Positions 8,246 through 16,745 of a DNA stretch of 28,894 bases are shown here, one piece after another (position 1 is the stretch's first letter; every line of letters begins with the position of its first letter). The stretch comes from an uncultured Gammaproteobacteria bacterium. Its GTDB lineage: Bacteria > Pseudomonadota > Gammaproteobacteria > Arenicellales > JAANXG01. A program made the position numbers and the translations under genes. Under the pieces are notes generated by a model. The model searched no databases. It was not told where the DNA came from and worked only from the letters and a program-made list of their open reading frames with translations. The DNA lies in contig CAMYKW010000038.1 in the NCBI GenBank assembly GCA_947259175.1, forward strand, positions 1-28,894, in the 5' to 3' direction.

Positions 8246-8995
8246 TCACGGTTTTCGCGCCCGAAAGGTAGCGCCGACGGTCGTCTCCGCGGTGCGGTAG
8301 CCGGTGAATGAGACGGTCTCAATGGCCGTAAAACCTGCTTGTGCAAGCATGCCATGGTAGCGCTCCGGCTCGACCGTGCCCGACACGCAGTCGGCCCACG
8401 ACTCGCAAGCCGTCGCTGGCGAGGCGGCCGCGGCGGGATCGCGCACCATATCGGCGAACTGTAAGCGGCCGCCGGGCCGGAGCACGCGGTAGATTTCCTG
8501 GAAGACACAAAGCTTATGCGAGGTGAGGTTGATCGATCCGTTTGAGATCACCACATGGGCGCACGCATCTTCCACCGGAAGGTCCGTCATGTCCGCCTCG
8601 TGTATCTCCAGGTTGTCGACAGCCGCCAATCGCGCATTGTCCCGGGCCTTCGCCACCATCGCCGGCGTGACGTCGACGCCGATGACTCTGCCCTCGTTGC
8701 CGACCAGCAACGCCGCGATACAGGCATCCGCGCCCGCACCACATCCCAGGTCGACGACGGTCTCGCCGGGGTGGATCGGCCCCAGGGCAAACGGATTGCC
8801 CACCGCGGCCGCCGATTCCCACAGCCGGTCCGGCAGCCGATCCAGCCAGGCCGCGTCGTAGCCGTGGCGACCGGCGTTCTGTTTCCCTTTGCCCCAACCG
8901 AAGTCCTGATCCGGCCGCAGCGCCAACTCGGTATACAGCGCATTTATCGCAGCGACCGATTCGTCTTGCGCAACGGCTCTTTTGGCGTCACTCAT
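8246..8995 (-). CDS. Class I SAM-dependent methyltransferase, ArsM/UbiE-like
   Basis: SAM motif I (VVDLGCGAGADACIAALLVG), a post-I acidic motif (RVIGVDVTPAMVAKAR) and VLRPGGRL. There are several conserved-looking Cys residues. ATG 8995 (MSDAKR) was chosen for its AGGG RBS, but 9016 is an alternative start. Confidence 0.75.
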   Translation of the reverse strand: MSDAKRAVAQDESVAAINALYTELALRPDQDFGWGKGKQNAGRHGYDAAWLDRLPDRLWESAAAVGNPFALGPIHPGETVVDLGCGAGADACIAALLVGNEGRVIGVDVTPAMVAKARDNARLAAVDNLEIHEADMTDLPVEDACAHVVISNGSINLTSHKLCVFQEIYRVLRPGGRLQFADMVRDPAAAASPATACESWADCVSGTVEPERYHGMLAQAGFTAIETVSFTGYRTAETTVGATFRARKP

Positions 8996-9171
8996 GCATA
9001 ATGCCCTCATCTCCAAATTGCGTTGAGCGATTTAAAGCTATTACACACCACCGCGCAACACGGTGACGCCGACCGGGTGCACGGCAAACACCCATGCAGG
9101 GCGTTGCCCATCTATCCGGAACTACTTATGATGCACCGGCACCCCGGCCATCCCTGATCAAGAAAATCATT

Positions 9172-9924
9172 ATGTTGCTATTGGAAGACAAAATGGCGGT
9201 GGTAAGCGGCGCCGGAGCGAGCAACAGCATCGGCGCGGCCACCGCACGCGTGTTCGCCGCGCACGGCGCGCGCGTGGCCCTGCTCGACGTCAACGAAGCC
9301 GCGGTGCGGGAATCCGCCGCGGCGCTAGGCGAACCGCATCGCGCCTTTGCCGTCGACGCCGCCGATCAGCTTCAGTGCCAACAGGCCGTGGCCGATATCG
9401 TCACCGCGTTCGGTCGCATCGACATCCTGGTCAACAGCGTCGGTGTCGTCCACGGCACGCGGATACTCGATATCACCCAGCAGGAATATGACCAGGTCCT
9501 AGACAATAATCTGCGCGGCAACTTCCTGCTGTCGCAAGCGGTGCTGCCGCACATGAAGTCGAGAAAAGCCGGCAACATCATCTGCGTCTCCTCGATCGCC
9601 GGCCAGAGCGGCGGCGGGGTTTTCGGCAGCTCGCACTACGCGGCCGCCAAGTCGGGCATCTTCGGACTCGCGAAGGCGCTGGCGCGGGAGCTCGCCGCGG
9701 AGGGGATCCGCGTGAACGCGGTGGCCCCGGGTCCGGTGGACAACGATTTCACCAAGGGCCGCATGACCCGGCAGATCAAAGACGACCTCGCCGCCAAGGT
9801 GCCGCTGGGGCGTCTGGGCACGCCGGATGACGTCGCCAACGCCTGCCTGTTCCTGGCCTCGGACCTGTCCAGCTACATCACCGGCATCGTGTTGGACGTG
9901 AACGGCGGTTTGTTGATCCACTGA
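9172..9924 (+). CDS. Short-chain dehydrogenase/reductase (FabG-like 3-oxoacyl reductase family)
   Basis: Catalytic tetrad region (SSIAGQSGGG...YAAAKSG), the NNLRGNF and PGPVDNDF motifs, and IVLDVNGG at the C-terminus. The nucleotide fold is AVVSGAGASNSIGAATARVFAAHGARV. An alternative start is ATG 9193. Confidence 0.85.
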   Translation: MLLLEDKMAVVSGAGASNSIGAATARVFAAHGARVALLDVNEAAVRESAAALGEPHRAFAVDAADQLQCQQAVADIVTAFGRIDILVNSVGVVHGTRILDITQQEYDQVLDNNLRGNFLLSQAVLPHMKSRKAGNIICVSSIAGQSGGGVFGSSHYAAAKSGIFGLAKALARELAAEGIRVNAVAPGPVDNDFTKGRMTRQIKDDLAAKVPLGRLGTPDDVANACLFLASDLSSYITGIVLDVNGGLLIH

Positions 9925-9966
9925 CCGCCGGGACGTCAACCGGCCCGTCGAAACCCTGTCTTGCAG

Positions 9967-9982
9967 GCGCCCCGCCGGGCGC
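9967..9982. terminator. GC hairpin GCGCCC-CGCC-GGGCGC between the convergent SDR and soxZ genes, followed by GGCGTTTAC. Possible bidirectional terminator.
   Basis: A 6-bp stem with a 4-nt loop, read directly. It lies within 45 nt of both stop codons. Confidence 0.3.
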
Positions 9983-9987
9983 GGCGT

Positions 9988-10311
9988 TTACACCACTTCT
10001 ATCCGCGCCTGTTTCTCGATGGCGCTGCCGTCTTCGCCGGTCCACAGGAAGCGGAAAACGCCGCTCTCGGCGATACGGGCGTGGAACGACAGATAGGGAT
10101 CCGACGCGGTTCCGGCGTCCAGGTCCGCGCGAAACACCTCGCGGCCGTTGAACAGGCACACGAACCGGCCCGCCAACGCCTTGGGCACCGCCTTTCCGTC
10201 GAGGGTTCGCCGCCACCCGGATTCCATCGGATGGTTGAGCTTGGTCATCAGGCGAACGACTTCGTTTTTGGCCGCCGTGCGCGGCGCCTTTACGTGAATG
10301 GAGTTTCTCAT
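9988..10311 (-). CDS. soxZ: SoxZ sulfur-carrier complex subunit
   Basis: HPMESGWRR and DPYLSFHA motifs and a length typical of SoxZ. ATG 10311 overlaps the soxY stop (TAATG) and has a GGGAG RBS. An in-frame ATG at 10320 is an alternative start. Confidence 0.85.
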   Translation of the reverse strand: MRNSIHVKAPRTAAKNEVVRLMTKLNHPMESGWRRTLDGKAVPKALAGRFVCLFNGREVFRADLDAGTASDPYLSFHARIAESGVFRFLWTGEDGSAIEKQARIEVV

Positions 10312-10754
10312 TATCCGCATGCTCCCGCGCCGCCGGTTATCTTGCAGCGCGCCTTACCGATACGAACGCTGCCGTCACTCATCTGGGCAGCGGCGACCAC
10401 GATTTGCGTCTTGATCAGGCGTATGCGTGTCGAGATCTCCGCCTTGCCGTTGGCCGGGCTGAGATGAAACGAAGCGATGGCCGGTGTCGGGTTGCGTTCT
10501 GCGACCACGTGGATGGCCTTGACGTGGTCGTCTTCGGTCATCGGGCTTTCGACCGAAATCCGCATCGGTACATGACGCGCCTGGTCGGTCACCGCCGGCA
10601 GGGTGATGGTGACACCGCCTTTCAGCTGTTCGGCGCCTCCCGTCAATTTGGCCAACAGTTGCTTGGCTTCCCGCGGGGCGGCTTCGGTGTCGCGAAGCCA
10701 CCCGGCCGCGGACAGGGCAACCATCCACAGCAGCAGCTCGCGTCGACTCAACAT
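10311..10754 (-). CDS. soxY: SoxY sulfur-carrier protein (TAT signal) with an atypical C-terminal motif
   Basis: MLSRRELLLWMVALSAAGW is a twin-arginine signal. The LTGGAEQLKGGVTITLP...STRIRLIKTQIVVAAAQMSDGSVRIGKA backbone matches Paracoccus SoxY. The C-terminus reads CKITGGAGACG instead of the canonical VTIGGCGG. The track ORF has a spurious 68-aa extension. Confidence 0.85.
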   Translation of the reverse strand: MLSRRELLLWMVALSAAGWLRDTEAAPREAKQLLAKLTGGAEQLKGGVTITLPAVTDQARHVPMRISVESPMTEDDHVKAIHVVAERNPTPAIASFHLSPANGKAEISTRIRLIKTQIVVAAAQMSDGSVRIGKARCKITGGAGACG

Positions 10755-10786
10755 GGTGGGGTGTCCTCGGAACTGTTCATGGGTTG

Positions 10787-12355
10787 TTAGGGCCTGTTTT
10801 TCAGATACACGACAGCACGCAATCCGCCGTGCGCAATCACAACGATCAGGGCGATTAGCGCCAGGGCGTAGCCGATGCGGTCGATCCACGGATCGGCATC
10901 GCGCCCGGGGATGTAAACGCCCGCCACGTGTTGCAGACGGCCGTTGTTGCTGTGGCACTCGCCGCAGCGCAGCGCCTCATCGGCCGGCGCCACCATGTGG
11001 GTGATGGGCCAGGACATCTCGGTGGTGACGAATCCGTAGCTGCCGCTGTAGGTGCGGTCAACCGCCTGCATACCCGCGGCGATGGATCGATCCCAGTTCA
11101 GCGTCTTCCAGTAGCCTTGTTTGGTGGTGGTCAGCGGCGTCACCAGGGTCTTCGATTCCACGTCGTACGGCTGCTTGCCGCGCATCACCTTCACCGGCCA
11201 GATGCGCGTGTCCCGCGCTCCCGGCTCGCCGAGGAAGCGATTGATCGGCACTACGCCGTTCGGGTCGATGCGGTCGTCCCGCAGGGTGTAATGCACCGTG
11301 CCGTTGAACCAGCGGTACTCCGGCGCCTGGTGCTTGGCCCACAAGAAGTCTCCCTTCTTCGAGTTGTAGACCTCCAAACCGTTGGCGTCTTCTCTTGAGA
11401 GCTGTTTGCCGTCGGCGCCGAGCTCGCCCGCGGTGGACCAGTCCCACCACATCTTGGTGGCGTAGTCGCCGCGGGAGAACGCCGGGATGTGGCAGGTCTG
11501 GCATGCGATCCTGGCCGTGTGGTCGTTGAGCTTGGGCGTCGAATCGTGGGGCGCCGCGCCGTGGCATGCGCGGCAGGTGGTGCGGTCGCTGCCCGCGCGG
11601 CCCGGCACGCCGACATCCGCGTTATCGACCGCCGTAGGCGTGTAGCGGCTCCCTTTGACCTCGTGCCGGGTTGCGGTATGGCAGGTGGAGCAGGTGAAGT
11701 TCAGCCCTTCCGCATCCATGTGCACATCGACGAAATAATCCGGATGCGCCAGGGTGGGGTCGATGTCGCCGTGCTTCACCGCCTTGGCGCCGCCGCCGGC
11801 GAAATGACAGGTGCCGCAGGTGCGCCGACTCGTCGGTCCGACCTTCTGGGCGAACTGCTCCAGCTTGAGCCGCCGCTTGCCGGGATTGCGCAACTTCTCA
11901 CGGGAATAGAGCCCGGTGGTGTCGTGGCATACCAGGCAATCGACGTGTTCCTCGGAGGCGAAATCGAAGCTGCCGTCGGTCCACCCGTAGCCGATGTGGC
12001 ACTTGGTGCAGGCCGCCATGTTCGGGGCCGCGGCGATGCAGAAGTTGTTCACCACATGTCGTTTGCCCAGCCGCTGGCCGGTCGCCGGGTTGTCGTATTC
12101 CCAGGTCCAGTGCTTGGTCCGGTGGAGCTGTTTGGCGGCGTTGGTGTGACAAGCAAGGCACGCCCGCGTCACCTCGGGGCCCGATGCGAATTTGACCTTG
12201 AGCTCGTCGAACTTGCTGTGATCCGCCGTCGACGAATGCGGCCCGGCGGCTGCGTGCACCGGCGTCGTGACGCTGACCAACCACATCACGATCAGCGACG
12301 CACACAAACGCAAGACCGACGCTTTGAAGTCCGAGTGATTAACTGTTTCGCGCAT
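10787..12355 (-). CDS. Octaheme c-type cytochrome (OTR/ONR-sized, 8 CxxCH) with an N-terminal signal peptide and a C-terminal hydrophobic anchor
   Basis: Eight CxxCH motifs (CLACH, CTKCH, CLVCH, CGTCH, CSTCH, CRACH, CQTCH, CGECH). The signal peptide is LRLCASLIVMWLVSVTTPVHAAA. The C-terminal segment is IGYALALIALIVVIAHGGLRAVVYLKNRP. Confidence 0.85.
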   Translation of the reverse strand: MRETVNHSDFKASVLRLCASLIVMWLVSVTTPVHAAAGPHSSTADHSKFDELKVKFASGPEVTRACLACHTNAAKQLHRTKHWTWEYDNPATGQRLGKRHVVNNFCIAAAPNMAACTKCHIGYGWTDGSFDFASEEHVDCLVCHDTTGLYSREKLRNPGKRRLKLEQFAQKVGPTSRRTCGTCHFAGGGAKAVKHGDIDPTLAHPDYFVDVHMDAEGLNFTCSTCHTATRHEVKGSRYTPTAVDNADVGVPGRAGSDRTTCRACHGAAPHDSTPKLNDHTARIACQTCHIPAFSRGDYATKMWWDWSTAGELGADGKQLSREDANGLEVYNSKKGDFLWAKHQAPEYRWFNGTVHYTLRDDRIDPNGVVPINRFLGEPGARDTRIWPVKVMRGKQPYDVESKTLVTPLTTTKQGYWKTLNWDRSIAAGMQAVDRTYSGSYGFVTTEMSWPITHMVAPADEALRCGECHSNNGRLQHVAGVYIPGRDADPWIDRIGYALALIALIVVIAHGGLRAVVYLKNRP

Positions 12356-12445
12356 ATCGATCACCACAATCGTCCGCCGTCAGGGCCCGGCCACAAACCC
12401 TCTCCGGGCCGGGCTCATCGAAGTTCAGAAAGTTCAGATCAACGT

Positions 12446-13573
12446 CTAGTCCGGAGGCGAGGCCGTGGGTATGCTGCCGTCCTTGTGGAACTGCACGTTG
12501 GCGTCGAGGAAGTAGACCTCGAGGGCGTCGCGCTCCAGTTTGACGATGTCATAAGCTTCGCCGCCGCGTGCGCCGGTGGAGCAGAAAAAGATGATGGGTT
12601 TATCCGCAGGCAACTCACCAACCTTGTCTTGCAGGTCGTCGACCGCCATGACCACCGCCTTGGCGTAGGTCCCATCGGCCTCCACTTCTTCCGGGTCACG
12701 CACATCGTACCAATGGAATTGGTCGGAGTGGTTTTTGATCAGGTTGTTGAACGAGGCGATGGTGATGATCCCGGCCTCTTCACCGGTTTCAATCTTGGCC
12801 GCGTCCGATGGGCTCGCCGCCGCCTTCGCGAGTCCTCCCGCGGCGCCGTATTCCGCCTTCCAGTTCGGATAGCCCGCCTGGAACAGCTTGACGTTGGTGT
12901 AGCCTTGGGCCACGGCCTTGGCGGCGGACTTGGGGCTCAGCGGGCACTTGTAGCCGCCGCAGTAATAGATGAGTTCGGTGGCTTTATCGGCCGGCAGCAT
13001 GTTCAGCTTGGCGTCGAACTCGCGGTTGGAGACGTTGATGGCGCCCGGCACATGGCCCTTTTTGAATTTGCGCGCCGGTCGGGCGTCGACGATGACGGCG
13101 CCGGAAGGCTTATCGACCAGTTTCTTTACATAAGCGGCGCTCACGCCGGTAACGCGTCCGGATTTTTTCCACTCGGGGTAGCCGGCGGCGTACACCTTGA
13201 TGTTGGTATAACCCAGCGCCTCCGCCTTCGCCGCCGACTTGTGGCTGAGCTTGCACTTCAGGCCGCCGCAATAAAAAATCAGCAGCGTCGACTTATCTTC
13301 GGGCAATAGGTGCGTCAGTTTGTCGAACTGGCTGTTGGAGATGTTGATGGCTGGAACGATGTGCCCCTTGTCGTATTTCCTCGCCGGCCGCGAATCGATA
13401 ATCAACACATCGTCTTTTTTCGGGACGGTGGCGTACTGGCTGACGAACTCCGTATCCACGATGTGTTTGTATTGCGCCGCGGTTTGCTGTTGGGTGTCCG
13501 CCGCGGCCGGGAGCGCCGGCACCGCGAGCAGACAGATCAACGCGGCGGTATACAGTGATGTTGCTGGTTTCAC
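12446..13573 (-). CDS. Periplasmic triple-rhodanese (sulfurtransferase) domain protein
   Basis: The GTG start gives MKPATSLYTAALICLLAVPALPAAA (signal), with GAGG 9 nt upstream. There are three rhodanese modules with active-site loops FYCGGLKC, YYCGGYKC and FFCSTGARGG. Confidence 0.85.
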   Translation of the reverse strand: MKPATSLYTAALICLLAVPALPAAADTQQQTAAQYKHIVDTEFVSQYATVPKKDDVLIIDSRPARKYDKGHIVPAINISNSQFDKLTHLLPEDKSTLLIFYCGGLKCKLSHKSAAKAEALGYTNIKVYAAGYPEWKKSGRVTGVSAAYVKKLVDKPSGAVIVDARPARKFKKGHVPGAINVSNREFDAKLNMLPADKATELIYYCGGYKCPLSPKSAAKAVAQGYTNVKLFQAGYPNWKAEYGAAGGLAKAAASPSDAAKIETGEEAGIITIASFNNLIKNHSDQFHWYDVRDPEEVEADGTYAKAVVMAVDDLQDKVGELPADKPIIFFCSTGARGGEAYDIVKLERDALEVYFLDANVQFHKDGSIPTASPPD

Positions 13574-13784
13574 GACAAGTACCTCACTCAATCTGTGCGT
13601 CCCTTCGGGGTGGACTATCCCAGGATTAATAGGCGTTAAATTATATAAGAATATAACCAAATAGCTTTGATCGAGGTCAATGAACGCGGCGATCGCAAGC
13701 GGCTCCGATGACGACGGTCCGCGCCGTTCGTCCATCCCGATAGATCAGGTAAACTGCTCATCGCGATCCAGGAAATGAGTGGTT

Positions 13785-14378
13785 ATGAAACACGAATACA
13801 AGCCCAGGTTTTATGTCCCGCTGCAGGCGGGAATCACCTACACGCGGCCGCAGCCCGCGGCGGACTATGTGCACCTCGACAACCCGGCGATCGATGTCAT
13901 GACGGACTTTCGCGACGTGGTGCCCAGGACGACGAAACCCTCGGTGCCCATCGACGACGCTCTGGAAGCGATGAAACAAAAGGGCGTGCGCTCGCTGCTG
14001 GTCACCGGGGAGAACGACGACATCATCGGCGTGGTGACCGCACAGGACATCCAAGGTGAAAAGCCGATTAAACTCTCCGAGGAAACCCGAATCGCTCACG
14101 CGGCCATCACCGTCGAGCACGTGATGACGCCGCAGTCCGAACTTTCCGTTTTGAAAATGATCAGCGTCGAGGAAGCGCAAGTCGGCCACATCGTGGAGAC
14201 CTTGCGGGAACTGAAAAGACAGCACCTGCTGGTGGTGGATGTCAATGAAGCGACCGGAGAGCAATGCATCCGTGGCATGTTTTCGACCAGCCAGATCGAC
14301 AAGCAAATGCATAAGGACCCCGACGACGAGATCGCATCAGCGGAATCCTTGGCGGAAGTCGTTCAGACCATGGGTTGA
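13785..14378 (+). CDS. CBS-pair domain protein
   Basis: Two CBS motifs (VRSLLVTGENDDIIGVVTAQDI and QHLLVVDVNEATGEQCIRGMFSTSQI). ATG 13785 follows a GAGTGG RBS. Confidence 0.8.
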   Translation: MKHEYKPRFYVPLQAGITYTRPQPAADYVHLDNPAIDVMTDFRDVVPRTTKPSVPIDDALEAMKQKGVRSLLVTGENDDIIGVVTAQDIQGEKPIKLSEETRIAHAAITVEHVMTPQSELSVLKMISVEEAQVGHIVETLRELKRQHLLVVDVNEATGEQCIRGMFSTSQIDKQMHKDPDDEIASAESLAEVVQTMG

Positions 14379-14713
14379 ATCAGTACCGTGAATGGCTTGC
14401 TCCGCCGCTGCGTGGGCGCAAGCGCCGCCAACGGAATTCATTCTGGCGGGGTGTGTCGAGTTTCCGCGAGGGGTTGAAGCGAGAAGGCGTGCCCGGAACC
14501 CACCGGCCTATCGGCATCAAGCGCCGGTAAAATAACGGTTTGGAAAGCAGGGAAATAGAGGCGCATTTGACCTGAAGCAAGGACTCGATCCTAGGCGGGG
14601 TGTATTAATTCAATGAGTTGAACGCGGCAATTCGCGTGTTCAGGGGAACGTGCAATTTCACCGGTCACCGCAAGCACCGGTGCTCACAACAACTCCGTGC
14701 GGGAGGTTGAGAG

Positions 14714-16219
14714 ATGAAGACTGCCCCATTGCCAGGCAATGAAACGGCGCGGCTTCGGGCGTTGAAGGATTTCGCCGTTCTCGATACCCCGCCGGAACCC
14801 GCTTTCGATGACATTACTGAGCTCGCCGCTCAGGTTTGCAAACGCCCCATGGCGCTGGTTTCGCTGATCGACGAGGACCGTCAATGGTTCAAGTCCAGGC
14901 GAGGCGTGGAGGCGACCGAGACATCGCGCGATGTCGCCTTCTGCGCCCACGCGATACTGAATCCCGGACACGTCATGGTGGTGGCCGATGCCCAGCGCGA
15001 CGAGCGCTTCGCGGACAACCCGCTGGTAACGGACGAACCCCACCTGCGGTTTTATGCCGGCGCGCCGATGGTGACCGACAGCGGTGAGGTCCTGGGCACG
15101 GTCTGTGTCCTGGATCGCGAGCCCGGTGAGATGAGTCCGGCACAGATCGGCGCCCTGCAGGCGCTCGCGCGTCAAGCCATGGCACTGCTGGAGTCGCGGC
15201 GCACCGACGTCGCGTTACTGCGTGCGGAGCTGGAGAAGGCGCGTTATCAGGTCAAGGCCCTGGAGGGGAGGGTGGCCCTTCAGGGGGGGATGCAAAAAGC
15301 GCTACGCGCGGAGCATTCGTTTCGCGAGGCGGTGGTCGAGCGCGCCGCCGAGGGTATATGTGTCGGCCACAACATTCCCGTGTTCCCCTTCTTCAGGTTT
15401 ACGGTGTGGAACGAACACATGACCGAGATCACCGGTTTCACATTGGATGAGATCAACCGCCGCGGTTGGCTGCGAGTCGTCTGCCCGGATCCGAAGGTTC
15501 AGCGATTGGCGATCGAGCGCTCCAAGCGCATGCGTGACGGGGACGATCTTCGTTATGAGCGCTGGGAGATTACCCGCGCCGACGGACGGCGACGGTCGGT
15601 GCGTCTATCGACCTGTAAATTGAATCTCGCAAAGGATTTGAAGCATTTGCTCATCTTGATGTACGACTGCACCGACGAAGAGAATCTGCAACGGGAGGTG
15701 ATGAGCGGGCGCACGGATACGTTGACCGGGGTAAACAGCCGGCGCACCTTCAGGGAAGAGACCGGACTGCTGATCAGGCTCGCCGCGCGCACCGGCACGC
15801 CGAGTGTACTGGGTATCCTGGACGTCGATGATTTAAAGACCGTCAACGACGAGATGGGACGCGCTGCGGGTGATCTGCTGCTGGCGCGGTTGGGGAAAAC
15901 CCTGCTGGCGTCGACGCGTGCCACCGATGTCACCGGGCGTTTGGGAGATGACGAATTCGGCGTGTTTCTGCCGCAAACCGACACCGCCAACGCGAAGATA
16001 TTCTTCGGCCGATTGCACCGCCGGCTGCTGGATTGGATCCGCGAACAGGAGTGGCCGGTAAACATTAGCCTGGGCGTCGCGGTGTTTCCCGTCGTGCCGC
16101 CGAGCGAAAGCGAGGCGCTGCAATATGCCGACAGCCTGATGCACCGGGCGAAAACGGGGGGTGAGAAGCGCATCGTCTACGCGGAATATCCCGGCGACGA
16201 CACGGGCGAAAACGATTAA
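14714..16219 (+). CDS. GAF-PAS-GGDEF signalling protein with a non-canonical GDDEF active-site motif
   Basis: GAF region (LVSLIDEDRQWFKSRRG...FYAGAPM), a PAS-like middle, and a GGDEF domain with RLGDDEF at 15944-15958. A GGGAGG RBS sits 7 nt upstream of the ATG. Confidence 0.9.
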   Translation: MKTAPLPGNETARLRALKDFAVLDTPPEPAFDDITELAAQVCKRPMALVSLIDEDRQWFKSRRGVEATETSRDVAFCAHAILNPGHVMVVADAQRDERFADNPLVTDEPHLRFYAGAPMVTDSGEVLGTVCVLDREPGEMSPAQIGALQALARQAMALLESRRTDVALLRAELEKARYQVKALEGRVALQGGMQKALRAEHSFREAVVERAAEGICVGHNIPVFPFFRFTVWNEHMTEITGFTLDEINRRGWLRVVCPDPKVQRLAIERSKRMRDGDDLRYERWEITRADGRRRSVRLSTCKLNLAKDLKHLLILMYDCTDEENLQREVMSGRTDTLTGVNSRRTFREETGLLIRLAARTGTPSVLGILDVDDLKTVNDEMGRAAGDLLLARLGKTLLASTRATDVTGRLGDDEFGVFLPQTDTANAKIFFGRLHRRLLDWIREQEWPVNISLGVAVFPVVPPSESEALQYADSLMHRAKTGGEKRIVYAEYPGDDTGEND

Positions 16220-16340
16220 GCGTCCAGCGTTACCTGTGGGAGCGCCTCGTAGCCGCGAATAAAATAATCGCGCATGCAATGCGCTCCCCCGGGGATTCGA
16301 TCGGCGGCGACGGCGTTTTAAGCAGAGCCTTATATGTCGC

Positions 16341-16745
16341 CTACAACGGGTAGTATTCGCCCAGGGCGCGCATGACGTCGCCGCGGCTGATCACCCCGAC
16401 CAGTCGTCCGTCGTCCACCACCGGAAAGCGGTGGAAACGTCCACTGATGAACGACTGGACGACGTCCAACAGGCTGTCGTCGGCATCCACGGTCTCCGGC
16501 CTCAGGGTCATATGGTCCTTAACGATCCCGCCCAGGGTGCCGTGGTAATACGCCTGCACGGACAACGCCAGCACGTCGCGTTCGGTGAGGATGCCGATCA
16601 AGTCGCCGGCGGCGTCGATCACCGGTGCTCCGGAAATCTGATTTTTTATCAGGGCATGGGCGGCCTGGAGAATATCCGTGTTCGGATCCAGCGTAATCAA
16701 TTCGGTCGCCATATAGTCCCTGACGACCATGGATCGTTTTTTCAT
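16341..16745 (-). CDS. CBS-pair domain protein, translationally coupled to nqrM
   Basis: MKKRSMVVRDYMATELITL...GAPVIDAAGDLIGILTERDV...RFPVVDDGRLVGVISRGDV. A GGAGG RBS sits 8 nt upstream. The ATG overlaps the nqrM-like stop (ATGA). The track ORF has a 51-aa spurious extension. Confidence 0.85.
   Translation of the reverse strand: MKKRSMVVRDYMATELITLDPNTDILQAAHALIKNQISGAPVIDAAGDLIGILTERDVLALSVQAYYHGTLGGIVKDHMTLRPETVDADDSLLDVVQSFISGRFHRFPVVDDGRLVGVISRGDVMRALGEYYPL

Noticed and set aside
11489-13309. 606-aa + strand ORF
   Set aside because: It is antisense to the octaheme cytochrome and rhodanese genes and has Gly/Arg/Val-rich composition with no motifs. It is a typical high-GC shadow ORF.
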